DNA from: Oopsacas minuta
Lineage: Eukaryota; Animalia; Porifera
Reading direction: 5' to 3'
NCBI GenBank assembly: GCA_024704765.1
Contig: JAKMXF010000066.1
Location: forward strand, 689,854 to 753,853
Length of the DNA stretch: 64,000 nucleotides
Shown here in pieces: positions 41,701-49,052 of the stretch. Position 1 is the stretch's first letter; each line of letters opens with the position of its first letter. A program made the position numbers and the translations under genes. The notes under the pieces were generated by a model. The model had not been told where the DNA came from, searched no databases, and was given only the letters and a program-made list of their open reading frames with translations.

Positions 41701-44700
41701 ATACTACAAGTATGCCAAATTTCAAATTCGTAGCTGTAACCAGTTCTTCAATCAAATCGTATAAAAAACTGTAATAAATGAAAAAAATAAGCAAACCTAA
41801 TATTCCATATATAGTCTCTAATACCACATTCCTATCCTCCAAATCTGTCTCCTTGAGAGATATAACACTCCCTTCAATACAACTAACATATATCCCCAAC
41901 AGTTTAACATTATTATCAGCATACAATGGTATATCAGGAACGATCAGCTGTTGGATAATACAGTCACCAATGGTGCGGTTGGATTTGAGGATTGTTGCTA
42001 AATAACTTAATACTTCCTCGTTGATAGTTTCTACGTGTGTTAAGGGGGTAGAAGGAGAGTTAAGGCTTCCGATATAGTTGCTGTAATATGCAATAACTTG
42101 TTCCTAGATGTTATATATTAATAATTAAGAAATACATATATACATTGTTCCCTCGAATAGTGCTAGAAATACCAACGAGGTAAACATGGAAACTGGGACA
42201 TAACTTATCATCCAACGTCACAGAAGCACGTTAGGGGAGTTGGTGAATATATTCATGTATAGAATGATATGATTTAAAGGTGTGAAGTAGGTGAATATAG
42301 GGTGCTAAAATATGAATAATCACCACGACAATTTTTGAGGTTTTTCGGGGACGATGATTGATCGTATGCTTACTACAAAATGAAGCCTCTTTTAATCTAA
42401 TTAGCAGAATTACGTAGCCAAATATTTAAATTCCAATTCTAATGTGGAACCTGAATAAGTACAATAATCTCATTCGTGCGGATTAGTAAGCAAAATGAAA
42501 GGAAATAACCTAAAGTAGAGAAATAATGCAACACAAACAAACATATGTATACAATTATCTAAACAAGATAATAAAGGATGTATCTACATACTAGACTGAT
42601 CTACAAATTATTCACTTACTATACAAAATACTTTATTTCAAGAACTCTTTAGAAATGTGAATAATACAATACTAAAATAGATATATGAAGCAATGTGTGA
42701 CGTATTATAATACAAGTCTACATTACTTCTGAGCTATGCAAATTTCCTATAGAATAATATCCTAATTAATATTAATAGTAACTTTCCATTAGAGTAATGC
42801 GTATAGATTCAGATAAGCTAAAATGTATGTACGAAAAGTTCCTGGAATATCTCAGTTTGTCTATCAACCCGCTTGGGGACATTACGTAACCACTTAAAAA
42901 GCCACTTTATGCCACACAGCTATTCTTAGGAACATACGCATGAAGTGGTATCCCATTATAAGATGATTATTACACATTCTGGTGATTAATCATATTTTAA
43001 CACCATTCTTAGTTAAAGCTAGAAATCAGGTTTCAACCTGCAGTCAGGGGTAATTGTGCATGTAGAGTTCGATTTTGAGATTTAGAAACCATATATACAT
43101 GATTTATCATATGATTAATCATATTTTGACACCTTTTTCAGATATTTCAAATTGATGTTAGAAATTTCCTTTCAACGGTTAGTAGGGGTAATTGAACATG
43201 CAGATTCCAATTTTGACATTTTCACATATATATATCTACATCATTAATCATATTTTCACACCTTTTGCATACTTCAAAAGGATGCTAGAATTTCGTTCCA
43301 TGGTTGACTTTATTAATAACTCTAATTACGGTTAACTATAAGAAGATTAATAATATATTCACACATTTTAACCAACGACTAAAACTGCGACGAATTTGCC
43401 ATGAATCGCTCTATTAATAAACAGAGTATTTCCTGTTAAAAGTACAAACTTTCATGGTTATAGCTAGAATTATCAAAGTTGCGTATTTAGAAGATTTCAA
43501 TGGAATACAGGCTAGCTATATCTTTAGCAATTCATGATTATTTCTGTAATCAAATTAAGTGATACTTCAAGAATATATGGATGATATAATAAAGATATAA
43601 TTGGAGACTATTATTAGTGTATTAGCAAACATTCTGTAATAATTTTCAGAAAAATTTCTCTGAGAGCTGGTACCGATAGAAGAAACAACAAGTTTTACAA
43701 AAAGGGACAAATACTTTCAATATGAATTTGCAGTTCCTTGAAAATGAAATTGATTTGTGTTTGTTTGTTGTTTGTATATTTTTGATGACGTTATAAGTTC
43801 ATAGAACAGTTAATTCCAATCTTACACTATGCACAATTGTAAACTATTCGGAGTAATGTCTAAAATGGCTGTACCAACCATAGGTGGAGGTTGTATTTAG
43901 GATATTGGTAGTGACGTGGCCACCAAAAAAAGCGGGATAATACGCACGCTTCAGTGGTACAATTAGTTACAATAACTCATAAATATCTGTTTTATAAAAA
44001 TTGCCCTCATTGGCTAGGTTTGGACCATGGATGGTGAAGACCATCACGTTTTGAGCAACAGACCTAATCTAGACCCCAATGGGGGCATGATGGGGCAATT
44101 CTTTACAAAACAGAACAATACTTACCTTCCAAACATTCTGAATTTTCAACTCAAACTCTACGGTATACAACAATAAATATAACTCCACCAATTCTCCAAA
44201 CTGTGTAGGAATATTTCTCTAAAAGGAATAAAGTTATAAATAGATTTTCTAAATTTAGAGACTATAATATCTTCTCAATACAAATCAGTGTACATAAGCT
44301 TTGAATAAATCAGTTTCTATATTATAACACATAGAAGATATGTAGATATTATTATGCAGCAGTAATATTTATGCTCAGTCATATTATTAAATGATCTGTT
44401 GTTTGTGTGTTTATGTGCGTCTGTTGTTAATATGTGTTACACATTGTAGAAAGTAAACATTCAGATTTATACGTAATCAGATGAAAATTTGAATGAATAC
44501 AGTTGCTCTGATTATTATGAAATTCACGTCACTTATTTCCATGCTATTTCCATGAGCTAAAATACACCATGGATGAATGAAAATATACGGTAGATGCCAG
44601 TTATAAGCACCATCCTATGGAATACTGTTCTCATATATTACTGTACATTTTATGACGATTACAAGAAGACGTGTTGCTACTTCCAAGGGGTTCATATAAC

Positions 44701-45482
44701 CAGAATACACTGTAATTCACATGCTTTAGTATATTGTAACTAGAATATACCATGGATAAGATAACTGAATTCATTACAGTGTATCTTGGACCAAGGACGA
44801 GTATATATTTATGCGGGCCCTTTAGAAAGACAAAAATGGACCTCTAGTCATGAGCAGTGAATCATCATTTAGTATAATAGCAAGCATAACTAACCTCACT
44901 AACATCTACCATAAGTTTGTATTCAGTTAGACATAGCCAAGATAAGTGATAAGGTGAAGGAATAGAAGCAGAGTAGCGCCTACATTATAATTAATATTAA
45001 TACCGTATCGTTTTAGAATAGTAGTGGGGTGATCATTCATATTTTAACACCCTTGGACGGGGACATAATCTATAATCACATACTACATACCATGAATCAT
45101 AGCATCCTATGCTTGAATCTATTCACCAACTCCCTAACGTGATTCTGTGATGTCCCAGTTTCCATAGTTAGCTCGTTGGTATTCGGCTATACCCCTCAGC
45201 GAGGGAGGAATCATTAAAGGGGACTATTATTCGAGGGATAGGGTGAATAATTATATAATACACTTACCAAATAACATGCGGGTATATCACAATAGTCCGC
45301 AGTAGATTATGCACTTCTACATGCTTCCCTTCATCTAATATCAGCGCTCCATCGTCCAGCTCTTCATTGAGTCTCCTAATACAAACTCTAGCTAGCTGCC
45401 ATTGACCCAGACTAACGTAGTTGAAGAATGCGTATAGAAGACGTAACGGATACTGTTTTGATTCACATCTCAAGAGGTCCAT
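2644..45482 (-). CDS. ZFYVE26: Spastizin (zinc finger FYVE domain-containing protein 26 / SPG15), multi-exon; FYVE domain and C-terminus not found in window
   Basis: Collinear minus-strand exons match recalled human spastizin in order: LLYAFFNYVSLGQWQLARVC (45.3-45.5k), SIPSPYHLSWLCL (44.9k), IIRKMLSSPVNLLNMCLKLGNFVSAYEVVKIFKL (27.6k), LHNQLEKIKVYSEV (12.5k), EWKHWRDIK...GEFQLAKRWGKIHNVP (12.3k), LLVEQLIMNLK/IPWA...IDEMAFRYAELAID (3.1-3.4k); GT-AG junctions are in phase where checked. Confidence 0.9.
4185..4790 (+). CDS. Intracellular two-Ig (I-set, MALT1-like) protein, 201 aa; nested antisense in a ZFYVE26 intron
   Basis: Two Ig motifs (YQWY..G..I...T...L.IGPV..EDFGFY.L; YYQWYKDG..I.G...L.I......GRY.L.A); no signal peptide or TM; TATA-like tataaatag near 4131. 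Confidence 0.8.
   Translation: MSTDYFSDASENYNNNSNCSFVKKCKKCTIISEPGDVTTKVGNFIKLSTIITSPNPSYQWYDGSGRPIPNKTQSTLFIGPVKEEDFGFYKLEIIDRTTGEKKYTSWVEVKKCEQTFYPTKPRVTVTPRGGLFRRGDTVRLYGSFENAVYYQWYKDGHMIEGCTNTNLSIRSCNSSSSGRYVLMAWNTFGTETTQEVDVMIR
4795..5701. mobile_element. Tc1/mariner-like MITE with ~370-bp near-perfect terminal inverted repeats
   Basis: 4795-5164 is the reverse complement of 5333-5701 (one indel seen); ends TA-TAGTCAATGGACAAAAGTATTCGACC resemble Tc1 termini; TA flanks. Confidence 0.9.
5730..5997 (+). pseudogene. Third Ig domain paralogous to domain 2 of 4185-4790, frameshifted
   Basis: IVQPQGGTFQKGETINLTAHFMNARYYQWYKDGEILSGCE, then a frame change to GNTLVIHGNVTENTGELMIVASND; parallels VTPRGGLFRRGDTVRL...YYQWYKDG. 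Confidence 0.65.
6572..6771. repeat. 32-bp minisatellite (ggaatatgatcacattagttggaataagattg), 6 units plus a partial
   Basis: Contiguous, almost identical units; one unit lacks one G. Confidence 0.95.
7511..8074 (-). CDS. Intracellular two-Ig (MALT1-like) protein, 187 aa
   Basis: LIILSEPQSQ...VVFKVEATG...YQWY...FGFYRVRI...SSWIEL and a second Ig ending YYRCLASD...SNWVQL; no signal peptide or TM. Confidence 0.85.
   Translation of the reverse strand: MHNDLIILSEPQSQNASYGDNVVFKVEATGLRLTYQWYRQNGLNIQGASKPFLSLGPLKKEDFGFYRVRIQDYYGDHLLSSWIELVDISSLEHAPPVFVIEPKPACGRVGDFENIFVHATGVNIRYQWYNERGMPLSGETRQYLLFAPIKKDSFGYYRCLASDDYGRHILSNWVQLADQRTVMQFIC
7593..9344. repeat. 472-bp inverted repeat (7593-8064 / 8873-9344), 808-bp spacer
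   Basis: Arms read as exact reverse complements by eye; the two translated cores are identical. Confidence 0.9.
8854..9402 (+). CDS. Intracellular two-Ig (MALT1-like) protein, 182 aa; inverted paralog of 7511-8074
   Basis: Identical core to 7511-8074 with different termini; TATA-like tatataaa at 8796-8803. Confidence 0.85.
   Translation: MNPIPNYLIILSEPQSQNASYGDNVVFKVEATGLRLTYQWYRQNGLNIQGASKPFLSLGPLKKEDFGFYRVRIQDYYGDHLLSSWIELVDISSLEHAPPVFVIEPKPACGRVGDFENIFVHATGVNIRYQWYNERGMPLSGETRQYLLFAPIKKDSFGYYRCLASDKFGRQILSCWLHLAHQ
10476..11057 (-). CDS. Divergent single-Ig protein of the same family with a helical C-terminal tail; possible first exon near 11335-11367 (MQEPDYSTAHL, GTAAGT donor)
   Basis: GVNLVFYWEV...LTIGPV...YRLVARDYYGFHLRTKWSIL parallels LSLGPL...YRVRIQDYYGDHLLSSWIEL. 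Confidence 0.7.
   Translation of the reverse strand: MHSDNFRGEYSRPERPKVEIEADLVYYCNIGSYVTISPVLTGVNLVFYWEVLSKGAIQVLMNEFKETLTIGPVTSAHLNYQYRLVARDYYGFHLRTKWSILQLCEKRPDPLLISSYSHPLTSNQLHSRKLPFDEIVTQHGSEFVSREQTLEESYLKIRAGNDKLREMARQAFLEFSSEQPPEYLENYKPLKTH
12190..13657 (-). CDS. ZFYVE26: ZFYVE26 large exons (ORFs 12470-13657 and 12190-12429)
   Basis: HSKVLSKLATFVC, LCLNILQHAYSNL...LKQRLHNQLEKIKVYSEV and WKHWRDIK resemble recalled spastizin segments. Confidence 0.8.
15760..16600 (+). pseudogene. Decayed paralog of the LRR-EGF-TM receptor (3' part); duplicated at ~19945-20780
   Basis: 16486-16572 encodes GNPPFDSRGASLEPLKDNEVAPQIGTDI*, aligning with the receptor tail QNPLSDSVVYSSEPFKENKVSPQV*; the adjacent 3' flank is also similar; many upstream stops. 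Confidence 0.6.
17083..19083 (+). CDS. Intronless type I membrane protein: signal peptide, LRRs, LRRCT, 4 calcium-binding EGF repeats, TM helix, ~55-aa tail (666 aa)
   Basis: Hydrophobic N-terminus; LxxLxLxxNxI repeats; FDCTCEMEWM cap; D(I/V)(D/N)EC...C.N..GS(F/Y).C.C x4; FILIIFGVIVFVLLVLLILIFIVILFCFF TM. Confidence 0.95.
   Translation: MISTNKVIILIILILYCFVLVKGNCGNSEIDCNNGRIGYDCRINGQDTDAIQQKMYECSQGNRVDLNIYIMQGGEGVTLNLSLPSNIEGLSLNNNIETTCHVETSLINSNITTIEFHGYEVFINHNDFFTYFPNVKQIYLDYLGSNLMPFFTENIHTTSIEVFESSITEGNGVIDRSMIGGLEKLEQFRWYYGNIKKLMPDSFNGTKVLRYLGFIGNKIHELYDCTFLGLLNLQYLYLGGNDITKVGKYTFIGLEDLQVVRLENNPSFPLSTLTVAKKIRELNIENYNPALLNPEIFQQLPRLSDLKMREISFDCTCEMEWMSKIENEYRIRIYINSRGYCPRNPSLQVDDPSLYVNCSNPSYQCLDRSIVCPGDNTWYKVDTEDGCNCTYPPERAFYNDSSFVCSDIDECEDSSIICQGNCTNTIGSYTCDCREGYINLNETFCNDVNECGVDNGGCEHNCTNTIGSFLCSCIQGYTENGTECIDIDECEVNNGGCDQNCTNINGSFLCSCFQGYIENGTKCIDIDECEVNNGGCEQNCTNIIGSFDCSCFDGFNKSPTNSSDCDIAPVNPQIFNFGETEFILIIFGVIVFVLLVLLILIFIVILFCFFTKRWSYSPKQIPGYNPTIAELDKKKANESTVIQNPLSDSVVYSSEPFKENKVSPQV
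21288..21325 (+). CDS. Start of a second copy of the LRR-EGF receptor, running into the assembly gap
   Basis: First 38 nt are identical to 17083 onward, with the same upstream sequence. Confidence 0.7.
21326..22248. other. Assembly gap (923 N)
   Basis: Run of N. Confidence 1.
23119..23428 (-). CDS. Exon encoding a DUF547-like segment, apparently within ZFYVE26
   Basis: LHTIDLLLLANDENKIIFYVNIVNALNIHA...FFIQTCYYIGQLG matches the recalled DUF547 pattern (EKxAFxINxYNALxIHA...FF...YxIG); TTTAG acceptor and GTAAGT donor. Confidence 0.6.
25768..34985 (-). CDS. ZFYVE26: ZFYVE26 middle exons (in ORFs 34749-34985, 31904-32107, 30388-30660, 29455-29727, 28213-28545, 27484-28050, 26783-27175, 26554-26799, 26169-26447, 25768-26043)
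   Basis: Run of minus-strand open frames flanked by splice-like sites; 27484-28050 is clearly spastizin-like; exact boundaries only partly resolved. Confidence 0.65.
28078..28201. mobile_element. hAT (Charlie-like) MITE
   Basis: Ends TAGGGGTTCCC / GGGGAAGCGCTG; imperfect 8-bp flanks atttaaac / atgtaaat. Confidence 0.55.
29083..29320 (-). mobile_element. ~240-bp MITE family C (TIR cgaatagtagc); other copies ~33321-33530, 34101-34300, 42151-42330, 45017-45237, partial 51917-51985 and 23660-23710
   Basis: Shared core ccctcgctgaggg...acgaggtaaccatggaaactggg...gtgttaaaatatgaataatcac in 6-7 places; short inverted termini. Confidence 0.85.
30771..30833. mobile_element. 63-bp hAT MITE with a perfect 8-bp target-site duplication
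   Basis: CATTACAT-cagcggtttccaacc...ggttgggaagtgttg-CATTACAT. Confidence 0.8.
35165..35547 (-). mobile_element. Tc1/mariner transposon remnant (terminus plus degenerate N-terminal HTH of a transposase)
   Basis: Minus-strand end TA-CAGGGTGTCTAATAAG at 35547; downstream ORF EIRSEIVTFHESGFSNSEILKRL fits a Tc1-type HTH start. Confidence 0.55.
35779..36240 (+). CDS. Small CNC/Maf-type bZIP transcription factor (153 aa), nested antisense in ZFYVE26
   Basis: Extended homology region (SVTINEFNKII...FTDIERAYIREQR), basic region NRKAARVSRKRR, heptad zipper L-x6-L-x6-L-x6-L. Confidence 0.9.
   Translation: MTTLTFDYEQKLNISKAILVENYHIRAEKTSFLNLIHKDRVYSVTINEFNKIINRECFTDIERAYIREQRKKAVNRKAARVSRKRRRDEDQSLEKTLRNLQSIKYGLLERKDILENEIHFYKQGCEQMRYMEYHQGNIVHNSTPYGLMGYPCN
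36340..36530 (+). repeat. Dispersed repeat, also at ~40405-40590
   Basis: ctccaccagaac...atgcatttatg...cacatatgtcaggtgcaca...aatttggtgtct shared. Confidence 0.75.
37612..37800 (+). repeat. Dispersed repeat, also at ~47718-47885
   Basis: tagggagatgcc...gtcctgagaa.ttcag...gaaaattggta...ggtatagaatt shared. Confidence 0.7.
38668..39069. mobile_element. 402-bp hAT MITE with (GGGTC)n subterminal repeats and a perfect 8-bp TSD
   Basis: ATAAGCAT-cagagatggaaccggtc...gaccggttccatctctg-ATAAGCAT. Confidence 0.92.
39164..39592 (-). CDS. Second small CNC/Maf-type bZIP (~142 aa from ATG 39592; upstream exon possible)
   Basis: DVTITQFDKII...FNDNERAYIREERRKCVNRRAAGVSRRRR plus leucine zipper; paralog of 35779-36240. 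Confidence 0.88.
   Translation of the reverse strand: MCSIKIQVAYPILVDNCLELSQTYEFLTLIDRNRVKDVTITQFDKIIYSHCFNDNERAYIREERRKCVNRRAAGVSRRRRKTEDSTLTSDLGKLESEKSSLSEERMRLISEIESYKSMLEQGEIENTQFDAFDAFFGDIFNF
40656..42103 (-). CDS. ZFYVE26: ZFYVE26 exons 41797-42103 and 40656-40960
   Basis: Open frames bounded by AG/GT; phase-1 junction is compatible (…YGIL-G-VFDPPSVY…AFYHKTHALEDVL). Confidence 0.7.
41129..41334. mobile_element. 206-bp Tc1/mariner-superfamily (pogo-like) MITE
   Basis: Perfect 26-bp TIR CCGTAAACTGGGGCTACTTTGGCCCA flanked by TA on both sides. Confidence 0.88.
45268..45482 (-). CDS. ZFYVE26: ZFYVE26 first coding exon
   Basis: ATG at 45482 (MDLLRCESKQYPLRLLYAFFNYVSLGQWQLARVC...), phase-2 GTAAGT donor; joins in frame to exon 44895-44979 (WRYSASIPSPYHLSWLCLTEY). 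Confidence 0.85.
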
Positions 45483-45902
45483 AGCAACCAATCAATGCAT
45501 ACGCAACTAATTAGGAAATATTTGTATTAATTAACATTCCATGGGATAATTGGGTTAATTAACATTCCATGGGATAATTGGGTTACTAAAGAAAATTCCA
45601 AAATATGAACATATTGCTCTGATTATAACTCATAGAATTATATTGTCATATGATTGGAATATATTCAGTCTTCGAATTCATATTTAGCATACACACACTA
45701 ATGTAGCAGTGTTCACGGTTTAAAAGGTAGGACAGAGGAATATCAATAATCCGACACAATTATGTGGGTCCCAACGATTGCCACACCCCTGAAATCTCCC
45801 AAATGTTAACGACAGACAAAGTCTCCAAATTGTCTCATAGAGGCAGGCTATCAGAGACCCATTTATGAAGTAAACTGGGACAAATATTGGACAAGCAATA
45901 AT

Positions 45903-47111
45903 GTAATTAATTCAACATTTACACAAAACCAAAATACATACATACATGTATTATCCTATAACAAATCTAGATAACAATTATACTAATCTTCTTCTTCATT
46001 CTCTGTGTTAGATTCATTCTTTAGGCTAAATTTCCTGATTCTGTAAATAATCCTTTTGTGTATTGAAGATATGAAATTCATCATGTTTATGTTATTGTTT
46101 ACTAAATAATTCATCTCATATTTATACTATAAACTGTGTTTATTATTAGATTATTGGTGTAACTGTTTACAAATTAGTTGGTATAATTGTGTTACCATAA
46201 CTTCACATATGTCACTATAATGAACACATACAAATAAACAAAATGATGAAGGAGTTCAGTGATGGCTTCTAAGTGACATGATTACCACACTAATCGAGCT
46301 AAAAATATTTCGGTAACATGTCTGCGAAGTTTAGAAATGTAATTATCATTTATTAATAACTATCCTCAAAGCCTCCCTCTGGGTGGCTTTTTCTGCTAGT
46401 TACTGCGGAATGCTTTTCGGATCTTCAGCCCTCACGATTGTCTTTTGGAGTTTGCAAACGCTAAGCGTATTATACAAAGAAAGGAATCTGATTGGCCAAC
46501 GTTGACCAATCAGATTCCTCCGAAAAATGCATTGATTTATATGGGTGAGGTGTGAAAATTCACATATCTGGTCTAAAATGGTTCGATTCAAATAATTCTT
46601 TTTTGTATGGGTTGAGTACTACTCCTGAGAGCTCAATGAGCCTCTGGAGCCATTTTCAGCGAGTCTAAGTTCTCTTACTGCTAGTTTATACGTGTATATA
46701 GAGTATTCTCTGTTAATTAACGTATACTAATGTCATGTCACTTAGAAGCCATCACTGAACTCCTTCATCATTTTGTTTATTTGTATGTGTTCATTATAGT
46801 GACATATGTGAATTTATGGTAACACAATTATACCAACTAATTTGTAAACAGTTACACCAATAATCTAATAATAAACACAGTTTATAGTATAAATATGAGA
46901 TGAATTATTTAGTAAACAATAACATAAACATGATGAATTTCATATCTTCAATACACAAAAGGATTATTTACAGAATCAGGAAATTTAGCCTAAAGAATGA
47001 ATCTAACACAGAGAATGAAGAAGAAGATTAGTATAATTGTTATCTAGATTTGTTATAGGATAATACATGTATGTATGTATTTTGATTTTGTGTAAATGTT
47101 GAATTAATTAC
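45903..47111. repeat. Large inverted repeat, 379-bp arms (45903-46281 / 46733-47111), 451-bp spacer; foldback-like element
   Basis: Arms are reverse complements with about two mismatches seen. Confidence 0.92.
46483..46518. promoter_or_regulatory. Inverted pair of CCAAT boxes (ggaatctgattgg-N10-ccaatcagattcc)
   Basis: Perfect 13-bp palindromic arms each containing CCAAT, between two divergent genes. Confidence 0.4.
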
Positions 47112-47545
47112 TTGCTCATAAAGATCTTTCTCTGAATTGCTCTCCTCGCTATTGCTTATTATTGTCGATTTTATGCCCCCGTATAGTGAATTATTTATAA
47201 GATGAATTGTCTCGAGAAATATTTTTCGGAAAGAGGACACTCTGACCTACATTTTTGCAATTTTGAGCATATAAAACAGACTTGTATTTTCGAGATATGG
47301 CTATGATAAGTGGTTGAGCCACAAGCAATTGTGGTGGTCAGACATTTTGTTCAAGGGGCTCTTAATTGCGCTGATTATTATGCTCGAAAATCAAGCAAAT
47401 TCACTGAAACAGAATAAGGTTATGATATGCTAAATATCTGCAATAAATATGAGGCTATATTCTAAACTGTAGGCACTACTTATATACTTGCATTACAGAA
47501 TCATAAGGCATATTAGAGTGCTAATTGTGACATTATTTAGTAAGA

Positions 47546-49015
47546 ATGAGGGTAATTTTGGTACTGGATCAAAGGAAATTTGAAGTTGAAGTATACGCCC
47601 ATGATAAAATAACAACTCTAAGAGGGAAAACTTGCGATAAAACTGGAGCACTGCCATATCAGTTAACTTTCTATCATGTGGGTGAGTTATATTTCATTAA
47701 ACATACAGTTTTAGTGCCTAGGGAGATGCCTGTTCGGACGATGTACGTGTTTGACGGCCAAACCACCGTGTTCGCTGTCCTGAGAATTCAGTGGACCTAT
47801 TGACGTGAAAATTGGTATATGTATTCATTATGGAGTGTACATGTGAGCCTTAGGTATAGAATTCATAAAAGTCATTATTTTCACATCTTTTTGGCACTTA
47901 AAACTTGGCCAATCCTAGGGCATAAACTAGCATTGAGGCAGAGGAAGCAGTTGCCCCCTCGCTTTTTCGGGCATCGCCTCATTTACCTATTGTAATAGTA
48001 ATTATATTGAGACGAATATCCATCCTTGCCTCCTCGCTCTGATCAGATTGAAGGCTTTCGTATTTATCTGTTTACATCTTATACATTGTAAGCCTTGGAA
48101 TTTGATTGTCCTATTTTATTTAGGTCGAATCTTGGATGAGTTTAAAACATTCTCACAGGAAAATATCATAAAAGAAGCGACTATTCAGGTTATGCGAACA
48201 CAAACTTTGGGGCAATTTCTCGACCTAGCAGTTGTGTCCCAAATTAATCCTGCCTTGAAGAATTACATAAGAATTGAAGAAGGCAGAAGTGTTAGGTTTT
48301 TGAAAGAAAAAATATATGAATGTTTTAAGTGTCATCCAGATAAGCAAAACTTAAATGCTATTAACGAGAAAAAACCGCAAAGCATAACATATATGTCAGA
48401 TGAAAGAGGCCTTTGGGAATTCGATCTTGATCATAATTACAAAATATTCGTTTATTACGACTTTGAAGGCACAATTACTTTCAAACACAGAGTTTCATCA
48501 GATATCTACAAAATAAAAATCAAGTCAAACAGTACTATAAGGCAGATTAAAGATAAGATTCGTGATGAATTGCTTATCGGGACTGTTACTGAGATCTATA
48601 ATCAAAATAATGTAAAGCTGAATAATGACACTACAATAGGTGATAACCAAATAACACCAGCTGATATGCTCCAATTCGAATTATTAGGTTTGTTTACTGT
48701 TTATTTATTAGATGTCAAAGGAGTTAAACAAAATCTTACGTATTAGATAACCATAATATCCTTAGTAACAATGGATGTTAATACCCAAAATTATTTAGTA
48801 TACGAATGATAATCGTGAACATTCTGTAGGAGATTTTCCTGATCATAGAAAGCCACAGCAGCCGGGAATCCCTGTTTATCCTCTACCAATGCCAAGACAG
48901 AAGATTCCTATGATGAGAGATGATCCAGATCATTATCCTGATAAGAGAGATGAAAATTATGCACATTATAACATTCCTCATCAACCACCACCACTACCAC
49001 ATCAACAACAGCATC

Positions 49016-49052
<37 letters not shown>

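Noticed and set aside
46560-46605. GGTTCGATTC followed by a T-run as a tRNA or Pol III gene (also GGTTCGACACC at 2070)
   Set aside because: No cloverleaf and no correctly spaced A box
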